From an uncultured Actinomycetes bacterium (GTDB lineage Bacteria; Actinomycetota; Acidimicrobiia; Acidimicrobiales; Ilumatobacteraceae): a stretch of DNA of 64,000 nt. Each line of letters opens with the position of its first letter. Position 1 is the first letter of the stretch. The stretch is from assembly GCA_937876415.1 (NCBI GenBank), contig CALEHE010000301.1, forward strand, positions 6,389-70,388, read 5' to 3'. Under the pieces are notes generated by a model. The model did not search any database and was not told where the DNA came from. It was given only the letters and a program-made list of their open reading frames with translations. The position numbers and the translations under genes were made by a program. This document shows positions 1 to 9,129 of this stretch, piece by piece.

Positions 1-895
1 AGTCATTGACAAAATTCGACTCGCCCTCTTGCGCCTATCAGTCACCCGCGGCAACGGTGCATCATTGCTTTCTGGCACCGACATGACGACCGCCAAGATG
101 TTGAACAGGCGTGGCTTTTCAAAAAAGATGATTCAACGCTTCTTCACGCCCCTTGTGGGCGGAATTCAACTTGATCCCCAGCTCACCGCCTCGCGTCGCA
201 TGTTTGATGTGGTCTTTCGGATGCTCAATCAAGGTGACGCCGTTGTTCCCGCCGCAGGTATGTCGGCGATCTCTGAACAACTCGCATGTCATACGCCGTC
301 TGCGAAAATTCATCTCAACACTCGCGTCACAAACGTCACGTCGCAATCGGTCATCACCGAATCGGGGCACACCATTTCAAGCAAGGCCGTCGTCGTCGCA
401 GTCGAAGGTCCAGCGGCAGCAAAACTGACCGGCATTGCACCCGTGCAATCGCGTTCAGTCGGTTGTGTCTACTTCGCGAGCGACTCAGCACCCACCGACA
501 AGAAGCTGATCATCCTTGATGGGACCGGCCAAGGTCCAGTGCTCAACATCGCAGTTATGAGCAACATTGCACCGAGTTACGCGCCAGCAGGTCAACATCT
601 CATTGCCGCGGCCTTGCCGGGGCATATCGGTGATGACATTGAAGATGTCGCTCGCCAACAACTTCAGACTATGTTCGGCCCACAAGTTGCCTCCTGGCGG
701 CATCTCCGTACCTACCGCATCGAGCATGGTCAGCCCGACCAATCGCCACCCTTCATGCCAAAGAAGAAGCAACATCTCAACAGCGGTGTCTTTGTCTGTG
801 GAGATCATCGTGACACTGCGTCAACACAAGGTGCATTATTCTCAGGTCGTCGGTGCGCTGATTCAGTCACAGATTTTCTCGCACGTTGCGGATAA
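1..895 (+). CDS. FAD-dependent oxidoreductase, amine-oxidase/phytoene-desaturase-like (C-terminal part; 5' end outside window)
   Basis: The frame of ORF 29..895 stays open back to base 2 (VIDKIRLALLRL...), so the gene enters from upstream. The C-terminal GVFVCGDHRDTASTQGALFSGRR resembles the terminal FAD-contact motif of amine-oxidase-type flavoproteins. Confidence 0.6.
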   Translation, partial: VIDKIRLALLRLSVTRGNGASLLSGTDMTTAKMLNRRGFSKKMIQRFFTPLVGGIQLDPQLTASRRMFDVVFRMLNQGDAVVPAAGMSAISEQLACHTPSAKIHLNTRVTNVTSQSVITESGHTISSKAVVVAVEGPAAAKLTGIAPVQSRSVGCVYFASDSAPTDKKLIILDGTGQGPVLNIAVMSNIAPSYAPAGQHLIAAALPGHIGDDIEDVARQQLQTMFGPQVASWRHLRTYRIEHGQPDQSPPFMPKKKQHLNSGVFVCGDHRDTASTQGALFSGRRCADSVTDFLARCG

Positions 896-1359
896 CAAGA
901 AAGCAGAAAGTTATATCTACATCAGATCCAAACAAAGTGGTTTCAGAATCTCGATTTATCACAGCCACTCCTCAAGAGATTTTCAATCTGTTGGCCGACC
1001 CCGATCAACACCAGTTGATTGACGGTTCTGGGTCGGTAAAAAACGCCAACTCCAGTTCCCCAGAGCGCTTGTCACTCGGTGTGAAGTTCGGTATGGACAT
1101 GAAGATTGGCGTCAAATACAAGATCACCAATGAAGTTGTTGAATTTGATGAACCCCACCAAATCGCTTGGCGCCATTTCGGTGGCCATATCTGGCGCTAC
1201 AAGCTTGAAGCGGTCGAAGGCGGCACGCAAGTAACCGAACAATTCGATTGGAATACTGCAAAATCACATCTCATGATGCGCGTCATGCAGTACCCAACTA
1301 AAAATCGAGCGTCAATCGTGGCAACCCTCGACCGCTTAGCGAAGCATTTTGCAAAATAG
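886..1359 (+). CDS. SRPBCC (polyketide cyclase/dehydrase-like) family protein
   Basis: 157-aa ORF whose size and pattern (SRFITATPQEIFNLLADP ... GGTQVTEQFDW) are typical of SRPBCC ligand-binding fold proteins. The TTG start at 886 overlaps the upstream stop. GTG at 937 is an alternative start. Confidence 0.5.
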   Translation: MRITRKQKVISTSDPNKVVSESRFITATPQEIFNLLADPDQHQLIDGSGSVKNANSSSPERLSLGVKFGMDMKIGVKYKITNEVVEFDEPHQIAWRHFGGHIWRYKLEAVEGGTQVTEQFDWNTAKSHLMMRVMQYPTKNRASIVATLDRLAKHFAK

Positions 1360-1373
1360 CTAGTCGAAAAAGC

Positions 1374-1913
1374 TCAGGCCTGCACAGCTTGAATGTCTAA
1401 TTCGATCTTGATCTTTTCTCCAACCAAGACGCCACCAGTTTCCATCACGACATTCCACTCCAAACCAAAGTCTTTACGGTTGATTTCGGTCTCGGCACTA
1501 AATCCGGCGCGAGTACCGCCCCAGGGGTCTTTTGAGGTTCCGTTGAACTCAAGATCGAGAACGACTGAACGAGTCACACCTTTGATCGTCAAGTCGCCAA
1601 CGACTTCAAAATCATCCCCATCTTGAGTCACCTTGGTGCTCGTAAATGTCATCGTCGGAAACTTTGCTACATCAAAGAAATCTTCACCCTTGATGTGTCC
1701 ATCACGACCTTCATCAGATGTATCCACCGATGCCATGTCAATGGATGCCGTTACTGAAGATTCAAGCTGCTGTTCACCAATCGTGATTGCGCCACTGAAT
1801 GCGCGGAACGAACCACGTACTTTGCTGATCACCAAGTGGCGGGCCACAAAGCCGACCGTCGAGTGAGAAGGGTCGATATTCCATATGCCTGCAGGGATAG
1901 TTGTTTTTGTCAT
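1374..1913 (-). CDS. YceI family protein
   Basis: N-terminal GIWNIDPSHSTVGFVARHLVISKVRGSF and a length of about 180 aa match the YceI-like lipid/polyisoprenoid-binding family. Confidence 0.85.
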   Translation of the reverse strand: MTKTTIPAGIWNIDPSHSTVGFVARHLVISKVRGSFRAFSGAITIGEQQLESSVTASIDMASVDTSDEGRDGHIKGEDFFDVAKFPTMTFTSTKVTQDGDDFEVVGDLTIKGVTRSVVLDLEFNGTSKDPWGGTRAGFSAETEINRKDFGLEWNVVMETGGVLVGEKIKIELDIQAVQA

Positions 1914-1983
1914 GTGGACAACCTAATCCCATTTAGTTGTGAGCGCAACTATTGTGAGAGAAATATTTTGTTAGCCTTGCCAC

Positions 1984-2451
1984 ATGTCCCGTACCGACGA
2001 AAAAACGAACTGGTTGAACAAGACCGAAATGGCCGCCTGGATTTCGTTCATTGAAACGATTGGCGATTTGCAATACAGCCTCGATTCTGACCTGCGCGAA
2101 TCATGCGACATGACCTTTGGCGACTATCAAGTACTTGTGTACCTATCAGAGTCCCCCGATCGCCGCACCCGCATGTGCGACTTAGCGGCACGTCTCAACT
2201 TGACTCCAAGTGGTTTGACTCGCCGACTCGACGGGCTCGTGAAGGAAGGTTCGGTGACACGCGAAGTATCAACAGAAGATCGTCGTGTCCAACTTGCGGT
2301 TCTCACTCCACAGGGACATCGCAAATTGGTTGCCGCAGCACCACTTCATGTGGCGAGTGTTCGCCATCGGTTTATCGATCGACTCACGACTGAGCAAATG
2401 AAACATCTCGCCGCAGCATTTACAAGTATTCGTGAAGGACTATCCGAATGA
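1984..2451 (+). CDS. MarR family transcriptional regulator
   Basis: 155 aa with a winged-HTH segment (RTRMCDLAARLNLTPSGLTRRLDGLVKEGSVTRE...DRRVQLAVLTPQG) typical of MarR. Divergent from the YceI gene. Confidence 0.85.
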   Translation: MSRTDEKTNWLNKTEMAAWISFIETIGDLQYSLDSDLRESCDMTFGDYQVLVYLSESPDRRTRMCDLAARLNLTPSGLTRRLDGLVKEGSVTREVSTEDRRVQLAVLTPQGHRKLVAAAPLHVASVRHRFIDRLTTEQMKHLAAAFTSIREGLSE

Positions 2452-3011
2452 CGAACAACAACTTCCCCATTGATGACATCATCCGTTCTCGGCGTACGAG
2501 CATGTTGGTGGACAAAAGCCGCGAAGTACCTCGCGATCTGATCAATGAGTTATGCGAACTTGCGACGTGGGCACCGAACCACAAGCGAACCTGGCCGTGG
2601 CGTTTCGCAGCAATCACCGGCCCTGCTCAACTTCGTTTCGGCAACACCGTTGCTGAAGCAATGGCTGCCTTTGGTGACGAACCGGCCAAGGCTGAAAAGA
2701 CCCGCACCAAATATGCCCGCACCCCTGCCGTCATAGTGATCGGCAGTGCAGTCGGTGATAGCGACTTACGCACTATCGAAAACCGCGATGCGACCGCCGC
2801 AGCCGTGCAAAATCTCATGCTTGCCGCAACTACACGAGGACTTGCCACCTATTGGGGATCATGTCCAAAGGGTGCCAATGACCCAGTTGCGCAATTCTGT
2901 GGATTTGAACCTGACATTGCGGTCGTCTGCATCATGTACCTAGGTTGGGCAACAAGCACTGTTGAGGCACCAGAGCGCCCGCAACCATCAATTAACTACA
3001 TCAACGACTGA
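2448..3011 (+). CDS. nitroreductase family protein
   Basis: ATGA overlap with the MarR gene. The N-terminus (IIRSRRTSMLVDKSREVPRDLINELCELATWAPNHKRTWPWRF) is typical of the nitroreductase fold. Confidence 0.7.
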   Translation: MTNNNFPIDDIIRSRRTSMLVDKSREVPRDLINELCELATWAPNHKRTWPWRFAAITGPAQLRFGNTVAEAMAAFGDEPAKAEKTRTKYARTPAVIVIGSAVGDSDLRTIENRDATAAAVQNLMLAATTRGLATYWGSCPKGANDPVAQFCGFEPDIAVVCIMYLGWATSTVEAPERPQPSINYIND

Positions 3012-3031
3012 AAGTCGACTCTGTCAAACGC

Positions 3032-4606
3032 TTACGGTTGGTAGACGCCGAACACGCTACGCAATGCATCGCTGATCTCACCCAAAGTTGCATCAACACG
3101 CAATGCTTCTTTCATCGGATACAAAACATTGTCGGTGCCCTGAGCGGCTTCAACCAATGCCCCAAGTGCTGCTTGAACCTTGACCTGATCGCGAGCGGCC
3201 TTGTATTCACCAAGACGAGCCTTTTGACCACGCTCAAGTTCGGGATTGATCGGGAACACTTCGGGCTCTGGATCGTCATTCACCGCGAACTTGTTGACGC
3301 CAACGATGATGCGATCGTCATTGTCAATGGATTTGGCATATTCATATGCAGCGTTTTCGATTTCGTCCATCTGGTAGCCAGCTTCAATTGCTGCTACTGC
3401 CCCACCGAGTTCATCAATGTGAGCGATGTACTCAAGGGCCAAACGTTCAATTTCATCGGTCAAAGTTTCAACAAAGTAACTGCCAGCCAATGGGTCGGGA
3501 GTATCAACAATGCCACTTTCGTAACCGATGATCTGCTGGGTACGAAGAGCGATGCGAGCAGCGCGTTCGGTTGGCAAGCTGAGCGCTTCGTCAAAACCGT
3601 TGGTGTGCAAGCTCTGGGTTCCACCCATGACTGCAGCCATTGATTGCAGTGCGACACGAACAATGTTGTTCTCAGGTTGCTGAGCAGTCAAAGTGCTTCC
3701 ACCAGTTTGGGTGTGGAAGCGCAATAATTTGCTGGATTCTTTCTTGGCCTGAAAACGATCGTTCATAATGCGGAACCAGATACGACGAGCCGCGCGATAT
3801 TTAGCGACTTCTTCAAAGAAGTTGTTGTGGGCGTTCCAGAAGAACGACAAGCGTGGTGCAAAATCATCAACGTCAAGACCTGCCGCGATTGCTGCATCAA
3901 CATATGCGATGCCATTGGCAATTGTGAAAGCGATTTCTTGAACTGCGGTCGAACCTGCTTCACGAATGTGATAGCCCGAAATTGAAATGGTGTTCCACTT
4001 CGGCACGTGCTTGGCGCAGTATTCGAAGATGTCAGTGATGATGCGCATGCTCTGACGCGGCGGATACACGTAGGTTCCGCGAGCGATGTATTCCTTAAGC
4101 AAGTCATTTTGAATCGTGCCGCTAATTGCTGACGACGGGACGCCTTGTTCTTCAGCGACCAATTCGTACATCAACAACAAGATCGCGCCTGTTGAGTTGA
4201 TCGTCATTGACGTGGTGACCTTGTCGAGCGGCAGATCTTTCAACAACAAGCGCATGTCGGCCATTGAGTCGATGGCAACTCCGACCTTGCCTACTTCACC
4301 TTCGGCACGCGGGTGGTCAGAGTCATAACCCATCTGTGTCGGAAGGTCGAAGGCACATGACAAACCGGTCTGGCCTGCTCCGAGCAAGAACTTGAATCGT
4401 TCGTTCGTTGATTCAGGGGTACCAAAGCCGGCGTACTGCCGCATGGTCCACAATTTGCCGCGGTACATCGTCGGATACACGCCACGGGTGTAGGGCTGCT
4501 CACCAGGGGCTCCGAGTTTGGCGGCTGGGTCCCAGCCTGCCAAATCGGAAGCCGAGTACAGGGGCCTAATCTCAATACCAGAATCGTTGCGTAGGTCGTC
4601 ACTCAT
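3032..4606 (-). CDS. methylmalonyl-CoA mutase-family acyl-CoA mutase, catalytic (large/N-terminal) subunit without B12-binding domain
   Basis: 524 aa with strong family signatures ([71 protein letters not shown]). The protein ends before any DxHxxG cobalamin-binding module. Confidence 0.85.
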   Translation of the reverse strand: MSDDLRNDSGIEIRPLYSASDLAGWDPAAKLGAPGEQPYTRGVYPTMYRGKLWTMRQYAGFGTPESTNERFKFLLGAGQTGLSCAFDLPTQMGYDSDHPRAEGEVGKVGVAIDSMADMRLLLKDLPLDKVTTSMTINSTGAILLLMYELVAEEQGVPSSAISGTIQNDLLKEYIARGTYVYPPRQSMRIITDIFEYCAKHVPKWNTISISGYHIREAGSTAVQEIAFTIANGIAYVDAAIAAGLDVDDFAPRLSFFWNAHNNFFEEVAKYRAARRIWFRIMNDRFQAKKESSKLLRFHTQTGGSTLTAQQPENNIVRVALQSMAAVMGGTQSLHTNGFDEALSLPTERAARIALRTQQIIGYESGIVDTPDPLAGSYFVETLTDEIERLALEYIAHIDELGGAVAAIEAGYQMDEIENAAYEYAKSIDNDDRIIVGVNKFAVNDDPEPEVFPINPELERGQKARLGEYKAARDQVKVQAALGALVEAAQGTDNVLYPMKEALRVDATLGEISDALRSVFGVYQP

Positions 4607-4801
4607 CGGTCACGAGCGTACGCCGTTTCGAACCCTCTCAGCCATCTCAAGCCGCCATAACTGACGAATCGTCCGCTAAGTGTGACAACAAATAAGTTCC
4701 TAGGGACTTGGGGACCACCCACGTCGGCCATTCATGTCATTGGCGGAGTTCTTGTACCTGGCTGATCGGACACGACATCGAGAGCGTCTAGCCTGTTTAG
4801 C

Positions 4802-5626
4802 GTGACTACTACATCTGAACCGACCTCAGGCCCAACACCTGATTTGAAAGCAGCGGCCCTTGGCGGCAATGCCGATCTCTTGGCGATGCCCACGTTTAAT
4901 ACCGTTGACGAAGAACGTGCTTACCGTAAATCACGCCTTGCTGGTGCCTTGCGCATTTTCGGTCGCATGGGATTTGGCGAAGGAGTCGCGGGACATATCA
5001 CCGTCCGCGACCCCGAACTCACTGATCACTTTTGGGTCAACCCATTTGGCTTGAGCTTTCGTCACATGCGCGTCAGTGATTTGCTCTTGGTCAACCATCA
5101 CGGAGAAGTCGTTCATGGCACCATGCCCGTGAATCGTGCCGCATTCGTCATCCACTCCGCAGTTCACCAGGCTCGACCCGATGTGATTGCTGCCGCTCAT
5201 GCCCACTCGGTCCACGGCAAAGCCTTTAGTTCATTAGGCATTCCGCTCGACCCCATCACCCAAGACGCCTGTATTTTCTACGACGATCACACCGTGATCA
5301 CCGAACAAGGTGGAGCAGTGGTTTTTGATATCGAAGCCGGCAAAGAACTTGCCTCAAAATTTCCGACGGGCAAAGCAGCCATTCACCAAAACCATGGTTT
5401 GTTTACTGTTGGTGCAACTGTTGAAGAAGCCGCTTTCTGGTTCTTATCAATGGACCGCTCATGCCAAGCACAATTGCTCGCTATGGCCGCCGGAACTCCC
5501 AAGCTGATCAAGCATGAGTACGCGCAATACACCCGTGAACAAACTGGCCATTCATTGGCTGGCTGGTTCCAGTTCCAGCCGTTGTGGCAAGAGATTTGTC
5601 GCACCGATCCCGAACTTTTCGACTGA
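4802..5626 (+). CDS. class II aldolase/adducin family protein
   Basis: 274 aa with GHITVRDP, a His cluster (AAHAHSVHG) and HQNHGLFTVG, typical of the class II aldolase/adducin N-terminal domain. GTG start. Confidence 0.8.
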   Translation: MTTTSEPTSGPTPDLKAAALGGNADLLAMPTFNTVDEERAYRKSRLAGALRIFGRMGFGEGVAGHITVRDPELTDHFWVNPFGLSFRHMRVSDLLLVNHHGEVVHGTMPVNRAAFVIHSAVHQARPDVIAAAHAHSVHGKAFSSLGIPLDPITQDACIFYDDHTVITEQGGAVVFDIEAGKELASKFPTGKAAIHQNHGLFTVGATVEEAAFWFLSMDRSCQAQLLAMAAGTPKLIKHEYAQYTREQTGHSLAGWFQFQPLWQEICRTDPELFD

Positions 5627-6555
5627 ACTCGTCGCTCGCCCCACAAAGTCCCGACAACTCAGTCGGACGCTTTTTCAACACCGCTTCACCCGAAGCGTTA
5701 TTTGTGTTGAGCGCTACTGCGCAGTACATCGGCGCCGTCATTGCAGTCAATTTATTTGATCAAGTCAATCCTGCGACTGTTGCTTGGTTTCGAGTCATCG
5801 GTGCATCGATCGCGTTGATCGCAATTTCAAGTCGGCGTTTATTTCATCGCCACCATCGCCAAAAATGGACCCGCCAAGATTTCATCGCCATGACTGTGTT
5901 CGGAGTTGCGACCGCGCTCATGAATACGTTCTTCTATTTGGCGATTGATCGATTGCCATTAGGTAAAGGTGTAGCGATTGAATTCATTGGTCCGATCGCG
6001 GTCGCCGCAGTACGAACTCGATCGCGACGTAACGCCGTAGCACTAGGGTGCGCCGCGCTCGGTGTTGCAGTTTTGTCTGGAGTTGAAATCCGTGGCGAAC
6101 CGCTTGGACTGTTATATATCTTCTTGGCTTCAGCAATGTGGGCGACCTACATCGTGGTCGGTTCACGCGTCGCGCAACAGAATCGTGGCGTTTCCGGACT
6201 TGGTGTAGGTCTAGCCATCGGCGCCCTGGTCATCACGCCCGTCGGTGCGTCAACGAGTGGTTCGGTGTGGAGCGCTCCACACCTGATTCTCGCTTGCATG
6301 TTTGTCGGCGTTATGTCTAACGCCATTGGTTACGGCATCGACCAATCAGTTTTGCGAAGAATTCCTATTCGCCGATTCAGCGTTTTGCTCGCGCTCTTAC
6401 CGGTAACCGCAACTGTAATCGCATTCATTGCTCTTGATCAAAAGCCGCAGCCACTTGATCTATTTGGCATGGCGCTCGTTCTCGTTGGCGTCGTCATTCA
6501 AGAACGCGAGACACTCGATAATCACTTAACCGAAACGAAGAGGTCAGTGAGATAG
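5584..6555 (+). CDS. EamA/DMT family transporter
   Basis: About 10 predicted hydrophobic helices in two EamA-like halves (e.g. FYLAIDRLPLGKGVAIEFIGP). The start is uncertain: GTG at 5584 overlaps the upstream gene by 43 nt, and GTG 5704 or TTG 5707 are alternatives. Confidence 0.7.
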   Translation: MARDLSHRSRTFRLNSSLAPQSPDNSVGRFFNTASPEALFVLSATAQYIGAVIAVNLFDQVNPATVAWFRVIGASIALIAISSRRLFHRHHRQKWTRQDFIAMTVFGVATALMNTFFYLAIDRLPLGKGVAIEFIGPIAVAAVRTRSRRNAVALGCAALGVAVLSGVEIRGEPLGLLYIFLASAMWATYIVVGSRVAQQNRGVSGLGVGLAIGALVITPVGASTSGSVWSAPHLILACMFVGVMSNAIGYGIDQSVLRRIPIRRFSVLLALLPVTATVIAFIALDQKPQPLDLFGMALVLVGVVIQERETLDNHLTETKRSVR

Positions 6556-7710
6556 ACCTGGGGCGCACAGACCCTCAAGGTCAAGCACTTGAATCCGATC
6601 GCGGTTAGCCCACGTGACAGGGTTGGTGGGATCGGCTTGCAACTTGAATGTTCTAAAAGACATTTCCGTTGTATCAACAGCCAAGATTCGTCCAATCAAA
6701 CCATCACCAAGCTTGAGCAAAATCTTGATGGTCTCAAGCGCCTGAATTGAACCAATAATTCCGGGCAAAACACCAAGAACTCCAGCCTCAGCACACGAGG
6801 GAGCGAGTTCGGCGGGTGGCGGTTCGGGCACCATGTCGCGATACGTCGGACCCTCTTTGGGATGGAACACCGAAACCATTCCTTCGAAGCGGAAGATTGA
6901 ACCATGAACCACAGGGATGCCGAGTTTCACACTTGCATCGTTCAGCAAGTAACGCGAGGGGAAGTTGTCAGCACCGTCAACGATGACGTCGTATCCCGCA
7001 ATAATCTCCATGATATTTTCAGCAGCAAGACGAGTGTCGTACGTGATCACCTTGACATCAGGGTTTAGCAGATTGATCGTCTTCTTTGCAGAATCAACTT
7101 TGCGGTCACCGATGCGGTCGATGTTGTGCAAAATCTGGCGTTGCAAATTGCTGGCATCAACATCATCCATGTCGACGATGCCGATTGTTCCGACACCAGC
7201 GGCCGCAAGATACAGTGCTGCTGGCGATCCGAGTCCACCGGCACCCAACATCAGCACTTTGCTATCCAGCAACTTCGACTGACCTTCTACGCCCACTTCA
7301 GGAAGCAACAGGTGGCGCTTGTAGCGATTCATTTGTTCGGGGGTCAGTGACGCGGGCGCTTTCCAAACGCGACCTTCGTCTTTCCACTTGCCGTAGCCAC
7401 CCGCCATGGACAAAACATTGGTGTATCCGAGTTCGGCAAGGGTCTTGGCAGCAAAGGCACTGCGCACTCCGCCGGCGCAATACACAATGACTGGTGATCC
7501 CTTATCAAGGATGCGGCCCTCAACTTGAGCCTCGAGGTGGCCACGTGGAATGTGCAAAGCCCCAACGAGGGCCCCTTCGGCGTATTCGTCGGGTTCGCGA
7601 ACATCCAAAACAGTGACGCCACCTGCGGTTATTTGCGTTTGAGCAGTAGCGGTATCCACTTCGGTAATAACCGATTTTGCGGCGGAAAGTAAGTCCCTGA
7701 AGGTAGCCAT
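6544..7710 (-). CDS. ThiF/MoeB-type adenylyltransferase with N-terminal rhodanese domain
   Basis: Residues 1-~120 form a rhodanese domain (VLDVREPDEYAEGALVGALHIP, active-site loop YCAGGVRS). The remainder is the ThiF/MoeB domain (LMLGAGGLGSPAALYLAAAGVGTIGIVDMDDVDASNLQRQ, GADNFPSRYLLND). Confidence 0.85.
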   Translation of the reverse strand: MATFRDLLSAAKSVITEVDTATAQTQITAGGVTVLDVREPDEYAEGALVGALHIPRGHLEAQVEGRILDKGSPVIVYCAGGVRSAFAAKTLAELGYTNVLSMAGGYGKWKDEGRVWKAPASLTPEQMNRYKRHLLLPEVGVEGQSKLLDSKVLMLGAGGLGSPAALYLAAAGVGTIGIVDMDDVDASNLQRQILHNIDRIGDRKVDSAKKTINLLNPDVKVITYDTRLAAENIMEIIAGYDVIVDGADNFPSRYLLNDASVKLGIPVVHGSIFRFEGMVSVFHPKEGPTYRDMVPEPPPAELAPSCAEAGVLGVLPGIIGSIQALETIKILLKLGDGLIGRILAVDTTEMSFRTFKLQADPTNPVTWANRDRIQVLDLEGLCAPGLSH

Positions 7711-7727
7711 GGCAAAAGCCTACCTAG

Positions 7728-8504
7728 TTAGTCGGGAATTGCCACGAGGGCGGGAAGCATCTCGGTAATGTCCCCCATCAAAAAGGCGTTGGCGTACCGA
7801 TCCCGATCGGTGGGCTGGTTATTCATGATGACGACTTTGGCCCCCGCAGCCTTGCCACGTGTCACCACATTGGCTGCTGGCGTGACGTTGAGCTGAGTAC
7901 CGATCGCCAAAATCAAGTCGGCCTCTTCGGCCGCCGTAATCGCGGCGCTGATGACACCAGGGATGAGCGCTTCGCCAAACAAAATGACATCGCGCTTCAT
8001 CAATCCCCCACACTTCAAACATTTCGGGTCAGCTTCACCTGCGTCAACTCGCTGCAATGTGTCTTCAACGGGCAAACGATCACCACAGCCGATACAACGT
8101 GTGTACTGCCATGTCCCGTGAACTTCATGTACCAGATCGGGCGAGTTGCCAGCGACCAAATGCAGTCCATCAACATTTTGAGTGGCCAGACCACGCAATT
8201 GACCGCGACGCTCTAGTTCAACGAGTGCAAGATGTCCGACGTTTGGTTCAACCGTTCGCAAACGTCGCTGACTTGCTGCTTTCCAGCCGGCGATACGAAT
8301 ACTTTCGTCGCTGATGTACGCGTTGATGTTCGACAATTTTTCGGCCGCCGGATTTTTGGTCCAAATACCGTTTGGTCCTCGAAAGTCCGGAACACCAGAA
8401 GCCGTTGAAATACCCGCGCCAGTCAAAACTGTGATGCGTTGCGCCTCGGCAACCCACTGCCGCACCTGAGCAAATTCTGTTGAATGGATATCTTCGGTCA
8501 ACAT
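7728..8504 (-). CDS. cobB: NAD-dependent protein deacylase (Sir2/CobB sirtuin)
   Basis: Contains GAGISTASGVPDFRGPNGIW and QNVDGLH, plus a Zn ribbon (CIGCG...CLKCGG). I chose ATG at 8504, which follows an AGGGA RBS, rather than the longest ORF start at 8537. Confidence 0.85.
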   Translation of the reverse strand: MLTEDIHSTEFAQVRQWVAEAQRITVLTGAGISTASGVPDFRGPNGIWTKNPAAEKLSNINAYISDESIRIAGWKAASQRRLRTVEPNVGHLALVELERRGQLRGLATQNVDGLHLVAGNSPDLVHEVHGTWQYTRCIGCGDRLPVEDTLQRVDAGEADPKCLKCGGLMKRDVILFGEALIPGVISAAITAAEEADLILAIGTQLNVTPAANVVTRGKAAGAKVVIMNNQPTDRDRYANAFLMGDITEMLPALVAIPD

Positions 8505-8614
8505 TGATTCCCTACTTTCGAGCACAAAGTATCTCACTCATCACCGTGTGTGAACGATCTGCGCTCACAACTTTGTGTCGTCATCAAAGAGAAAATTGAA
8601 AGGTCAACGTCAAC

Positions 8615-9112
8615 ATGTGCGCACAACGCCAGTTCCCCAAACACTCCACAGTTCTTGACCGAGTGTCAGATGAGTTAGTGGTTATTCCGTGGCGCGATCC
8701 GATCGTTGAACGCGTTGGTTTTGATGCGTGCGGAGACTATGTCGAACTCTTTTGGCTCAGCACTCTCGGACCTACCGCAACTTGGCTACTTCGCCGCCTC
8801 GCCGTCACAGTGGTCAACAACCCTGACGGTTTCGCCATTGACTTGGCTGCAACTGCCGCCAGTCTCGGGCTCGGATGGGAGTCAGGTCGAGCCAACCCAT
8901 TTGCCCGAGCCGTTCAGAGACTGGTGATGTTCGGCCTTGCGCAACCTGTCGGAGACCGCCTGGCCATTCGATCAGTCGTGCCGCCACTCGCGATGAAACA
9001 ACTTGCCCGCCTACCTGAACATCTACAGCGCGCCCACGCGCAATGGGCCGAGTCCGATCCTGAACTCGCACTTGTTGAGGGTTACTCCGGCGGACGAATG
9101 ATCACGGACTAA
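8615..9112 (+). CDS. hypothetical protein
   Basis: 165-aa ORF with coding-like composition, divergent from cobB. I recognised no motif. Confidence 0.4.
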   Translation: MCAQRQFPKHSTVLDRVSDELVVIPWRDPIVERVGFDACGDYVELFWLSTLGPTATWLLRRLAVTVVNNPDGFAIDLAATAASLGLGWESGRANPFARAVQRLVMFGLAQPVGDRLAIRSVVPPLAMKQLARLPEHLQRAHAQWAESDPELALVEGYSGGRMITD

Positions 9113-9129
9113 TTACTACCGACTAATTA

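Noticed and set aside
7728-9112. The SIR2-domain protein plus the adjacent hypothetical gene as an anti-phage (Thoeris/DSR/SIR2-HerA-like) system.
   Set aside because: The SIR2 protein is a compact canonical CobB-type sirtuin with GAGIS..PDFR, QNVDGLH and a CxxC...CxxC Zn ribbon. It has no extra effector or sensor domains. The neighbour is divergently transcribed, and the surrounding genes are housekeeping.
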